32,000 nucleotides of DNA from Vibrio vulnificus CMCP6. GTDB taxonomy: Bacteria; Pseudomonadota; Gammaproteobacteria; Enterobacterales; Vibrionaceae. Location: NCBI RefSeq assembly GCF_000039765.1, contig NC_004459.3:2361127-2393126 (forward strand), written 5' to 3'. Positions 1-7,579 of this stretch are shown piece after piece; position 1 is the first letter of the stretch; each line of letters opens with the position of its first letter. The translations under genes were made by a program, and so were the position numbers. Under the pieces are notes generated by a model. The model was not told where the DNA came from and ran no database searches. It worked only from the letters and a program-made list of their open reading frames with translations.

Positions 1-459
1 TTGAGTCTGTTTTATGCAGAGGGGCAGGAGGAGTTATCGGTGCAGCAGCGAATCAATGTCGTCACGAAACTGAAGCAACAGTTCGCCTATGTGATTTTGG
101 ATGTGCCTCATTACTTGATTGAAAAAGTAGAGCATTTGTTGGTTTCCGCCGACAACCTTTTGCTAGTGCATGACTTCTCATTGCAGGCGGGTCGCCGAGC
201 CGATGGCATTTTGTCAAAGCTGGATGGGTATTTGCACCATGTTCACCTCGTTGGTAATCAGAGCCGATCGAAATCGCACAAACCGTGGAGTGAGAAACAG
301 TTGTTTGAGGCGTGGTCGATCACTCAATTCAGCGAATTGCCATTCGACAGTAAAGCGGTGCAGGCGGCAGAGCACCATGGCGAGCCATTGGTGACCCGAG
401 GAGGCAAGCTTGCGAAGGCAATTGGCAAACTCAAAACACGCTTGGCGGGGATGGCGTAA
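1..459 (+). CDS. tadZ: TadZ/CpaE-type pilus-assembly protein (MinD/ParA fold), C-terminal 152 codons only; the gene starts left of the window
   Basis: The frame is open from base 1, so the TTG at 1 is a window-edge artefact. The stop TAA 457-459 overlaps the ATG of the downstream CpaF/TadA gene (TAATG). It lies directly upstream of tadA-tadB-tadC as in canonical tad loci. VILDVPH..LLLVHD resembles the C-terminal half of CpaE/TadZ proteins. Confidence 0.75.
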   Translation: MSLFYAEGQEELSVQQRINVVTKLKQQFAYVILDVPHYLIEKVEHLLVSADNLLLVHDFSLQAGRRADGILSKLDGYLHHVHLVGNQSRSKSHKPWSEKQLFEAWSITQFSELPFDSKAVQAAEHHGEPLVTRGGKLAKAIGKLKTRLAGMA

Positions 460-1751
460 TGTTCGGCAATAAAACCCAAATGGTTAATGTTTCACGAGGC
501 AACCCTCTCGTGATGCCGGAGGCGGCGCAAACGGCGTTTGAAAAGCTGATAGAACCTTCCGAAGCGGTCAAATTAACGCGCAAGCAATTACAGCAAGAGA
601 TCAAAAAAGCGGTCGCACAATTGTCGGCACAGCAGTTGCTGCCATACAACCAGAGTGAACTGGCGATTCTGGTGGAGCAGTTGTGTGATGACATGCTCGG
701 GGTTGGCCCAATTCAATGCTTGGTGGAAGACCCCAGCGTGAGTGACATTTTGGTTAACGGACCTGAGCAAATTTACATTGAGCGACAAGGCAAGTTGTTG
801 AAAACAGACATCCGTTTTCGCGATAAAAAACACCTGCTCAATGTTGCGCAGCGAATCGTTAACGCCGTTGGTCGTCGCCTCGATGAATCCACTCCGTTGG
901 TGGATGCACGTTTGGAAGATGGCAGCCGAGTCAACATTATTGCACCGCCGTTAGCGCTAAACGGCGTGTGCATTTCTATTCGTAAGTTTCCAGAACGGCA
1001 ATACGATCTGCCGGGGCTTGTCGCGTTTGGCAGTTTGAGTGAAGAGATGGCGCAATGCCTCGCACTCGCCGCACGTTGCCGTTTGAACATTCTTGTTTCC
1101 GGCGGAACTGGCGCAGGTAAAACCACCTTGCTCAACGCCATGAGCACGCCAATCAGCGACGATGAACGCATCATCACCATTGAGGATGCCGCAGAGTTGT
1201 CGCTGACCCAGCCACATTGGATTCAGCTCGAAACACGAACCGCCAGTTCAGAAGGAACCGGGGCTGTAACGGTGCGCGATTTGGTCAAGAACGCGCTGCG
1301 GATGCGCCCAGATCGCATCATTCTCGGCGAGGTACGTGGTGCCGAAGCGTTTGACATGTTGCAAGCGATGAACACGGGTCATGATGGTTCACTGTGTACA
1401 TTGCACGCTAACTCGCCAGCGGATGCGATGCTGCGTCTTGAGAATATGTTGATGATGGGGGCAGAACAGATCCCGTCAGCGGTTTTGCGCCAGCAAATCA
1501 GCTCAGCGTTGGATCTAGTGGTGCAGCTTGAGCGCTCTCATGATGGCAAACGTCGTGTGACTGCCATTTCCGCGGTTGGAGGGATCGAGCAAGGTCAGAT
1601 TGTCGTGCACCCGCTGTTTGAGTGTTGCTTAGATGACCAGGGGCAGGGGGTGTATCAGCAAGGAACATTGCCGAGAAATTTACTCGAACGTGCCCGCCAT
1701 TTCGCACTCGACCGCCAATGGCAAGCCTTGTTTTCAAACGAAGAGCGCTAG
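459..1751 (+). CDS. tadA: Tad/Flp pilus secretion ATPase (CpaF/TadA, VirB11-like family)
   Basis: 430-aa ORF with Walker [10 protein letters not shown], an Asp-box-like [11 protein letters not shown], Walker B-like [11 protein letters not shown] and a His box SLCTLHANS. It is translationally coupled to tadZ (TAATG). Confidence 0.93.
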   Translation: MFGNKTQMVNVSRGNPLVMPEAAQTAFEKLIEPSEAVKLTRKQLQQEIKKAVAQLSAQQLLPYNQSELAILVEQLCDDMLGVGPIQCLVEDPSVSDILVNGPEQIYIERQGKLLKTDIRFRDKKHLLNVAQRIVNAVGRRLDESTPLVDARLEDGSRVNIIAPPLALNGVCISIRKFPERQYDLPGLVAFGSLSEEMAQCLALAARCRLNILVSGGTGAGKTTLLNAMSTPISDDERIITIEDAAELSLTQPHWIQLETRTASSEGTGAVTVRDLVKNALRMRPDRIILGEVRGAEAFDMLQAMNTGHDGSLCTLHANSPADAMLRLENMLMMGAEQIPSAVLRQQISSALDLVVQLERSHDGKRRVTAISAVGGIEQGQIVVHPLFECCLDDQGQGVYQQGTLPRNLLERARHFALDRQWQALFSNEER

Positions 1752-1760
1752 GAGAGAGCC

Positions 1761-2645
1761 ATGCTAGGGCTAATGTTTTTGTTCGTCTGGCTCGCGTTGG
1801 GTGCGTGGTTGATACGCGCTCGACGTGAGAATACGAAACGAGAAAAGCAGCGTCACCGCTACCTTAAACCCTTAGTATCGGTGGAAAAAAAGCGTCCGCA
1901 ATGGCTCGCTTTTTACACGCGCTTGGAAACCTTATTGGGTACGTCCCGCTTGCAAAAGTACCGTTTGTACTTGGTCATGCTCACTGTAGGGCTGTTTATC
2001 ACCTTACTGTCACAAGGAATGGCGCCACTGACCACACTGATTTTGGTGGTGGTCATTTCCGTGATGATGACGGTGTTGGCGTTTCGCCATTTTGAGCAAC
2101 TGGCTATTAACGAGTTCAGCATGCAAATGCCAGACATCATCGACAGTATGGAGCGTGCCGTTAAAGTCGGCGCGCCTTTGCATGACATCTTTTTCGCGCT
2201 TTCCGAGCAGTATCAAGGCAGTGCCAAGCGTCTGTTTCTGGCGATGCATGATCGGCTCAAACTGGGTCATAGTGTCGAAAGAGTGATGCAGTTCGCCGCT
2301 CAACAGATGCCCAGCCAAGAGTTTCGCTTCCTAACGACTTTACTGAGCCTACAAAGTGAAACCGGCGGTAAATTGTCGCACATGCTTAAACAGCTTGGCC
2401 AAACTCTGCGTGAGCGCAGCTTAATGGAAAGTCGCGTGCGAACCATCACGTCGGAATCTCGCACCTCAGCCAAAGTACTGGCGATACTGCCACCGGTGTT
2501 GATTGGGGTGTTGTACGGCTCGGCCAAAGAGCATTTTGACTACTTGCTACGTGACGCAACCGGGCAGTGGATCTTGCTTTATGTGGTATTGAGCGTCGTC
2601 ACTGGCTTGTTGTTGATTCGTCAACTGACCAAATTTAAGGGGTAG
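1761..2645 (+). CDS. tadB: Tad pilus inner-membrane platform protein TadB (T2SSF-like)
   Basis: 294 aa, starting 9 nt after the tadA stop with SD GGAGAG upstream. It has an N-terminal TM helix, a central soluble region and C-terminal TM helices typical of TadB/GspF-like proteins. Gene order also supports the call. Confidence 0.85.
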   Translation: MLGLMFLFVWLALGAWLIRARRENTKREKQRHRYLKPLVSVEKKRPQWLAFYTRLETLLGTSRLQKYRLYLVMLTVGLFITLLSQGMAPLTTLILVVVISVMMTVLAFRHFEQLAINEFSMQMPDIIDSMERAVKVGAPLHDIFFALSEQYQGSAKRLFLAMHDRLKLGHSVERVMQFAAQQMPSQEFRFLTTLLSLQSETGGKLSHMLKQLGQTLRERSLMESRVRTITSESRTSAKVLAILPPVLIGVLYGSAKEHFDYLLRDATGQWILLYVVLSVVTGLLLIRQLTKFKG

Positions 2646-2648
2646 AAG

Positions 2649-3530
2649 ATGGTCATCGCACAAATTGTAATGCTGGTTAGCGCGCTAATGCTGTTGGTGG
2701 TGACAAGCTTGTTGTGGCACAACACGAGTCAACGCAAGCGTCGTGAAGCGCGTCTTTCACACTATGTGAAACGTCAAGCGGCGGCTTCGTCCTCCAATCA
2801 TTCCTTAATGCATAACTGGATCACGCAAAATGAAAAAGCGCGTTTAAGTCGCTTACTGGCGAACGCGGGTTTTCATAAACCTCAGGCGTTATCGTGGTTA
2901 TTGTTGGCCAAGTTTGGCAGCGGCATTTTGGTGGCGCTCCTGCTGCTGATGCGCCAATCCATCAATGGCGAAGCGATCGTAAGCATGTTGTCGCTTACCT
3001 TGGTGCTGGTGGGGTATGTGTTGGGCGCCAATGGCCCAGAGTGGTGGTTGAACTTAAATGCGGACAGATACCGCAAGAAGCTCAAACAATCCGCCCCCGA
3101 CGCGATTGATCTGCTGGTGTTGTGTGTGGAATCGGGATTGTCACTCAACCGTGCCTTTGAACGCGTGGCTCGTTACCTACAAGAGCAACATGCGCCCATG
3201 GCGGAGCAGTTTCGCGTGACTTCAGCTGAATTGGATTTGCTGAACGACCGCACTCAAGCGCTCAATAACTTAAGCTGGCGAACCGGTATTCCAGAGTTAC
3301 ATACGTTAGCCACGACACTGACGATGGCGGACAAATATGGCTCGCCACTGGCTGATACCTTACGTCAAATCAGTGAAGATGCGCGTCGACAACGCGCGCT
3401 CGATATTGAAGAAAGAGCCGGTAAATTGCCGGGCAAAATCACGTTGATTCAGATGACCATGATCATGTTGCCGATGTTGGTGATGGTGATTTCGCCGATT
3501 CTTTCTCAACTTCTCACCAGTCTGGCCTAG
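2649..3530 (+). CDS. tadC: Tad pilus inner-membrane platform protein TadC (T2SSF-like)
   Basis: 293 aa, starting 3 nt after the tadB stop with SD AAGGGG. Its topology parallels TadB (N-terminal TM, soluble domain, C-terminal TM pair). The motif DAIDLLVLCVESGLSL is typical of the T2SSF domain. Confidence 0.85.
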   Translation: MVIAQIVMLVSALMLLVVTSLLWHNTSQRKRREARLSHYVKRQAAASSSNHSLMHNWITQNEKARLSRLLANAGFHKPQALSWLLLAKFGSGILVALLLLMRQSINGEAIVSMLSLTLVLVGYVLGANGPEWWLNLNADRYRKKLKQSAPDAIDLLVLCVESGLSLNRAFERVARYLQEQHAPMAEQFRVTSAELDLLNDRTQALNNLSWRTGIPELHTLATTLTMADKYGSPLADTLRQISEDARRQRALDIEERAGKLPGKITLIQMTMIMLPMLVMVISPILSQLLTSLA

Positions 3531-3577
3531 CTTCAATGTTGGACCGCAGTACCTCTGTGCTCCTTTAGGAACAAATC

Positions 3578-4318
3578 ATGAAATTTGCCTCAAAACTTAT
3601 TCTTTCCGTTGTCAGCATTTTGCTCGTGGGATGCGCTGCGCCAGCATCGCAACCCAGCGCAGAATCGCTCAACAGCTTGGCCGATACCGCATTTGAGTAT
3701 GCGCGTTACGATTCTGCCAAAAGCAAGTATCAACAAGTGCTTGATGTGTATCCTGAACAACCGCATGCACGCTTGATGCTGGCGCGCATCGATCTCTTGC
3801 AAGATCGGCCGCATGCAGCGCAAAGTCAATTGCAGCAACTGCTGACAGAAAAAGCCGACAATGCGGCGGAAGCGGCGTTCATTCTTGGCCGTTATCAGCT
3901 CAATCAGGGGGATGCACTCAGCGCCAGCAATTATCTTCAACAAGGCCTCGCATTGGATGAGCAGCACGCAGGGCTGCACAATTTGCTTGCGATTGCCCTA
4001 GATGAGCAACAACGCACGGCGCAGGCCAAACAGCATTTCCTCCGCGCGATGGAACTGGAGCCCGATAGCAAAAGTTTTCGCGTTAACCTCTCGTTTCACT
4101 ATTTATTGCAAGGGCAGTTCAAGCAAGCACAGTTGTTATTGCAACCGCTGATGAAAGGCAATCAAGTGCCGGACTTCGTCACGCAACATTACGCCTTAGT
4201 GTTGTTGGCACAACAACAAGAACAACAAGCGTTTTCGCTGCTCAGCCGCAGTATGTCAGAACAACAAGCGGAGCATGATATCGCTTTGTTGAAGCAGCAG
4301 TTGAGTCGTTTGCAATGA
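3578..4318 (+). CDS. tadD: TadD-like TPR lipoprotein
   Basis: Signal peptide ending in the lipobox LLVGC. The rest is helical with TPR-like repeats (AxxxYxxxL patterns). It occupies the position after tadC. Confidence 0.8.
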   Translation: MKFASKLILSVVSILLVGCAAPASQPSAESLNSLADTAFEYARYDSAKSKYQQVLDVYPEQPHARLMLARIDLLQDRPHAAQSQLQQLLTEKADNAAEAAFILGRYQLNQGDALSASNYLQQGLALDEQHAGLHNLLAIALDEQQRTAQAKQHFLRAMELEPDSKSFRVNLSFHYLLQGQFKQAQLLLQPLMKGNQVPDFVTQHYALVLLAQQQEQQAFSLLSRSMSEQQAEHDIALLKQQLSRLQ

Positions 4319-4782
4319 GAAGTCGTCAATCTCAAAACGGCAGTGTCAGCGTGGAAGCGGCGCTGATCATGCCGGTGCTGTTAGCGCTGGTTTTGCTCTT
4401 TTTCGAAATTGGCCGCGTGCAGTGGCATTTTTCATCCCTCGATCATGCGGTTCAGCAAGCGAGGCGAGCAACCCAGCTCAAGCAAGAGGCTGATCCGAAC
4501 GCGCTCATTGAACATTTTTCGCAACAGTTGCTGTTACACAGTCCGGAGTTAACCAGTGAAGCCACCATAGAGCCTCAATGGCACCCTTCGATTGCACAAT
4601 GGCTCGGCGTGGCCGCAACCGAGGAAACGACACAGGTGCGATTGCAACAAGGGGTGATCGTATTGACGGTAACACTCTCATTACCCGCGTTAGCGATTCC
4701 TCTGTTGAGTGAACGCGAGATGACGTACACCTACCGAAACCAAGTGGCCTTAATCCCGGAGAAAGCGTTTGAAACTGAATAG
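4315..4782 (+). CDS. tadE: TadE-like minor pseudopilin
   Basis: ATGA start/stop overlap with tadD at 4315-4318. The N-terminal TadE-family motif is GSVSVEAALIMPVLLALVLLFFEIG. Confidence 0.8.
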   Translation: MRSRQSQNGSVSVEAALIMPVLLALVLLFFEIGRVQWHFSSLDHAVQQARRATQLKQEADPNALIEHFSQQLLLHSPELTSEATIEPQWHPSIAQWLGVAATEETTQVRLQQGVIVLTVTLSLPALAIPLLSEREMTYTYRNQVALIPEKAFETE

Positions 4783-5257
4783 ACTCTCTCGCCGCCGTGT
4801 TCAAACTGGCAGTGTGGCGGTAGAAGCATTGATGTTTATCCCTTTGTTGCTGGTAATGGCGCTGGCGTTTGTCGATCTCACTTCGCTGATTCGCAGTAAC
4901 GATAAAGTGCAAGATATCAGCCATACCTTGGTTCGATCGATCTCAATGCAGGATATCCAAGATGGCAATGAACTGCGCGGATGGATGCCCGCCTATCTCC
5001 AGCAAGCGGAACAGCTAATGGCCAAGCCCGGCTCAGTGCTCGGAGTCAAAGTCCAGTTTTTCTCTGAGCAAAACAGCTTTGTGCTGGCAGAAGGGGCGTG
5101 CCAGCCACCAGAGCTGCAAGCGGAGCTGACCGAGGTGGATCTGTGGATGGTGAGTGTGTGTTACCAACCCGCACCCAAAGACTTGTTGTCACGTGTATTG
5201 GTGCTGTTGAGTGAACAGCAATCTCTTGTTAGCCATGCGATTTACAAAAGGAGATAA
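4769..5257 (+). CDS. tadF: TadF-like minor pseudopilin
   Basis: TTG start at 4769 preceded by GGAGAA (4758-4763), with a 14-nt overlap on tadE. The N-terminal motif is QTGSVAVEALMFIPLLLVMALAF. The next in-frame ATG would delete this conserved segment. Confidence 0.72.
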   Translation: MKLNRLSRRRVQTGSVAVEALMFIPLLLVMALAFVDLTSLIRSNDKVQDISHTLVRSISMQDIQDGNELRGWMPAYLQQAEQLMAKPGSVLGVKVQFFSEQNSFVLAEGACQPPELQAELTEVDLWMVSVCYQPAPKDLLSRVLVLLSEQQSLVSHAIYKRR

Positions 5258-5258
5258 C

Positions 5259-6656
5259 ATGCGCAAGCAAACGGGTGGAATTTCGGTGTTCATGCTGGTC
5301 TTGTTGATGAGCATGTTGGTGTTTGCCGCATGGGTGACGGATGTGATGCGTATTTACAGTGTGCATAACCAAATGGCGAACGCGACGGATGCCGCACTCG
5401 CGTCGGCGATCATCAGTGAGGTGCCAGAAAGTACGGCGGTGGAACTGCTGCATGCCAACCTTACCTCCGGAGCGGCAAGCCCTTATGTGGAAGAGGTGCG
5501 TCTGACTCATCTGCGTGATGAGCAAGAGGAAAGTTTGCAAGTGGCGTTGGATTTTGTGCCCAACTCGCTCAACATCGCGGCGCAAGAGAGTGTGCCGATC
5601 CGCACCAACGCCAAAGCGGGCATCAGTAGCAACAAAGCGGAAATCGTCTTTATGCTCGATGTTTCCAACTCGATGTCTGGTGAGCCGATGAACAAAACCA
5701 AAGAGGCGTTGCTGGCCTTTGCGGACAAGCTTTACGCTCGTGGTAACCGCAATCAAAATTACGTGGTCAGCATTGTGCCCGCGTCAGGTAACGTCAATAC
5801 CGGGCCGATGGAAGAAATCTATCTGGGTTCGTTTCGCCGCTACGATCACGCGCAAGTCAAACGTGAAAATCGTTGGAGTGACATGTTCGATAGAGCCAGT
5901 GGGCGAACGCCAGCCGTACCGGGAAGACAACGTAACGCGATGTGCCGCGATCTTGATTTTGAGGGAAACAATCCCGCGACGTTAGGCTTACGTTATTTTC
6001 GTAACCTCGAGAAAGCGCCTCAGTTTGCCAGCAACAATTCAAAGCGCATTATCCGCCCAATTCACAAGCCAGCGGTACTGCACTTTGATGATGGAACACC
6101 GCTGGATCCGCCTGTTTATCCGTCGACCAATCCGAGCAATAACTATCGTCCTTTTCACGAAGACAAAGCCATTTTTGATGACATCGAATGTCACGTAAAT
6201 CCGATTGTGCCGTTTATCACCGAGCGTCGACACTTTGAATCCACCGTCCAACGTCTCGTGCCCGGCATGAACACCAATAATGCGGAAGGAATGGTGTGGG
6301 CGATGCGTTTACTCTCTCCGTATTGGCAGGGGATATGGGATAAAACCCGTCCAGAATTGCCACGCCGATACAGTGATGAAACGAGCAACAAATACTTAGT
6401 GATGTTTTCTGATGGCAATCATTTGATTGATCCCGCGTTTCGCGACAAAAAAATGAAGCTAATTTGTACACAGCTCAAGCAGCCAGGCCGTGGTGTTAAG
6501 GTCATGACGGTTAACTTTGGTGGAGCGGCAAGTGAACGTTTGATGCAATCTTGTGCGTCTGGTCCGGAGTATTACCACGTGGCGAGTTTGTTTAGCGTTG
6601 AAAAGGTGTTTGAGCAGATCGCAGAGCAAGTGATCAGCAGTTCGTTGATCGAGTAA
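5259..6656 (+). CDS. tadG: TadG-like pilus-associated protein with von Willebrand factor A domain
   Basis: ATG 5259 has SD AAAGGAG (5247-5253) and lies 1 nt after the tadF stop. The track start at 5211 lacks an SD and overlaps tadF. The N-terminal TadG-like hydrophobic segment is GGISVFMLVLLMSMLVFAAW. The VWA MIDAS motif DVSNS is encoded at 5658-5672, followed later by LVMFSDGNH. Confidence 0.85.
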   Translation: MRKQTGGISVFMLVLLMSMLVFAAWVTDVMRIYSVHNQMANATDAALASAIISEVPESTAVELLHANLTSGAASPYVEEVRLTHLRDEQEESLQVALDFVPNSLNIAAQESVPIRTNAKAGISSNKAEIVFMLDVSNSMSGEPMNKTKEALLAFADKLYARGNRNQNYVVSIVPASGNVNTGPMEEIYLGSFRRYDHAQVKRENRWSDMFDRASGRTPAVPGRQRNAMCRDLDFEGNNPATLGLRYFRNLEKAPQFASNNSKRIIRPIHKPAVLHFDDGTPLDPPVYPSTNPSNNYRPFHEDKAIFDDIECHVNPIVPFITERRHFESTVQRLVPGMNTNNAEGMVWAMRLLSPYWQGIWDKTRPELPRRYSDETSNKYLVMFSDGNHLIDPAFRDKKMKLICTQLKQPGRGVKVMTVNFGGAASERLMQSCASGPEYYHVASLFSVEKVFEQIAEQVISSSLIE

Positions 6657-6683
6657 CGCAAGGGTAGAAGCCTGATGAAAAAA

Positions 6684-6704
6684 GCCCTCACATCATGTGA
6701 GGGC
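6684..6704. terminator. Stem-loop terminator between convergent tadG and azoR
   Basis: Perfect 9-bp stem GCCCTCACA / TGTGAGGGC with a 3-nt loop. An A6 run lies on the + strand just upstream, which gives a T-run on the minus strand, so it is a canonical terminator for azoR. It is also the only hairpin downstream of tadG (28 nt after its stop). Confidence 0.7.
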
Positions 6705-6784
6705 GTAAACAAACTGGCACGAAGTGGGCAAGGTGCTATCAATCCGTTGGTGTGCCAGGCAGTGGAATCTATACGGGTGCTGTG

Positions 6785-6817
6785 ACTTAAGTTGTTAGCG
6801 TACTTAAGCTGTTAGCG
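6785..6817. repeat. 17-bp-period tandem duplication covering the azoR 3' end
   Basis: ACTTAAGTTGTTAGCG (6785-6800) and ACTTAAGCTGTTAGCG (6802-6817) have 15/16 identity and are separated by 1 nt. The second copy encodes the last codons and stop of azoR on the minus strand. Confidence 0.8.
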
Positions 6818-7391
6818 CTGCAAGGTGCTCACTCGCTGAAGCCAAACCTTTATTGGCAAAATCGTCACCCATGTTCAGCGCTTCAGCGTAGACAAATTCA
6901 ACCTCTGTGATGCCAACAAAACCCAGTACGGTTTTCAAGTACGGTGTAATGATGTCAGAAGCTGCGTCTTTATGAATCCCGCCGCGTGTTGTCACGATCA
7001 CGGCTTTCTTGCCTTCAATCAGACCTTTCGGGCCTTGCTCGGTGTAAGTGAATGTCACCCCTGCACGCGCAATCAAATCGATCCAGTTTTTCAATTGAGT
7101 CGGGATGGTGAAGTTGTACATAGGTGCCGCAATCACTAGGGTGTCTGCCTCTTTGATTTCATCAATCAAGGTGTCTGACAATGTCACAATTGCTTGTTGC
7201 TCGGCAGTCAACTCACCCGCAGCGCGCAGAGCGGTTGCCACCTGAAAATCTAAAACCGGCAATGGTTGCTGCGCCAGATCGCGTACAACGAGCTGCTGGT
7301 GGTCGAAATGGTTGATGAACTCGTCAACCAGTTTGTTTGATTGTGAGTAATCGCCAAGAATGCTTGATTTTAATACTAGTAAACGAGACAT
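6804..7391 (-). CDS. azoR: FMN-dependent NADH-azoreductase
   Basis: Near full-length similarity to E. coli AzoR ([19 protein letters not shown]..., PMYNFxIxTQLKNxxDLxARAGVTFxYTExGPxGL, RGGIHKD). I chose the start ATG 7391 ([10 protein letters not shown]) with AAGGAA upstream. The track start at 7430 adds 13 unsupported residues. Confidence 0.93.
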
Positions 7392-7546
7392 AGTGAATTC
7401 CTTAGATGGGTGTTCAAACGATGAAGTCATTCTATCGAGTTCATCTTAGGGATGAAGCGTTGAAATTCGCTCATCTCATTCGAAAAAACTGAATGAGTTA
7501 TTGCTAATGTAGTCGTGGCGTTAAATACGACAGAGATAAAGAAAAA

Positions 7547-7564
7547 GAGCCGCAGATGCGGCTC
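7547..7564 (-). terminator. Rho-independent terminator of the chitinase gene
   Basis: GAGCCGCA / TGCGGCTC stem lying 16 nt beyond the stop at 7580. On the minus strand it is followed by TTTTTC. Confidence 0.75.
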
Positions 7565-7579
7565 TAGAGAGGCAGACGA

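Noticed and set aside
773-1180. 135-aa minus-strand ORF (with 588-833 and 957-1217) antisense to tadA
   Set aside because: It lies entirely inside a strongly supported ATPase gene. It has low-complexity Arg/Ser/Ala-rich composition typical of antisense frames and no SD.
4208-4228. Imperfect CAA/GAA trinucleotide run (QQQEQQ) in tadD, considered as a slippage or phase-variation tract
   Set aside because: It is short, interrupted and in-frame. Length changes would only add or remove Gln residues, so there is no on/off switching potential.
3590-5756. Long antisense ORFs opposite tadD, tadE/F and tadG (3590-3979, 4505-4924, 5229-5756)
   Set aside because: They overlap well-supported, translationally coupled tad genes. 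Their Arg/His/Cys-rich composition and lack of ribosome-binding sites suggest chance open frames.
6715-6730. Sigma-54-like element TGGCAC-N5-GGGCA on the + strand
   Set aside because: The GG/GC spacing fits, but no + strand gene lies downstream because the next gene, azoR, is on the opposite strand. It also lies in the azoR 3' region, so it is probably a chance match.
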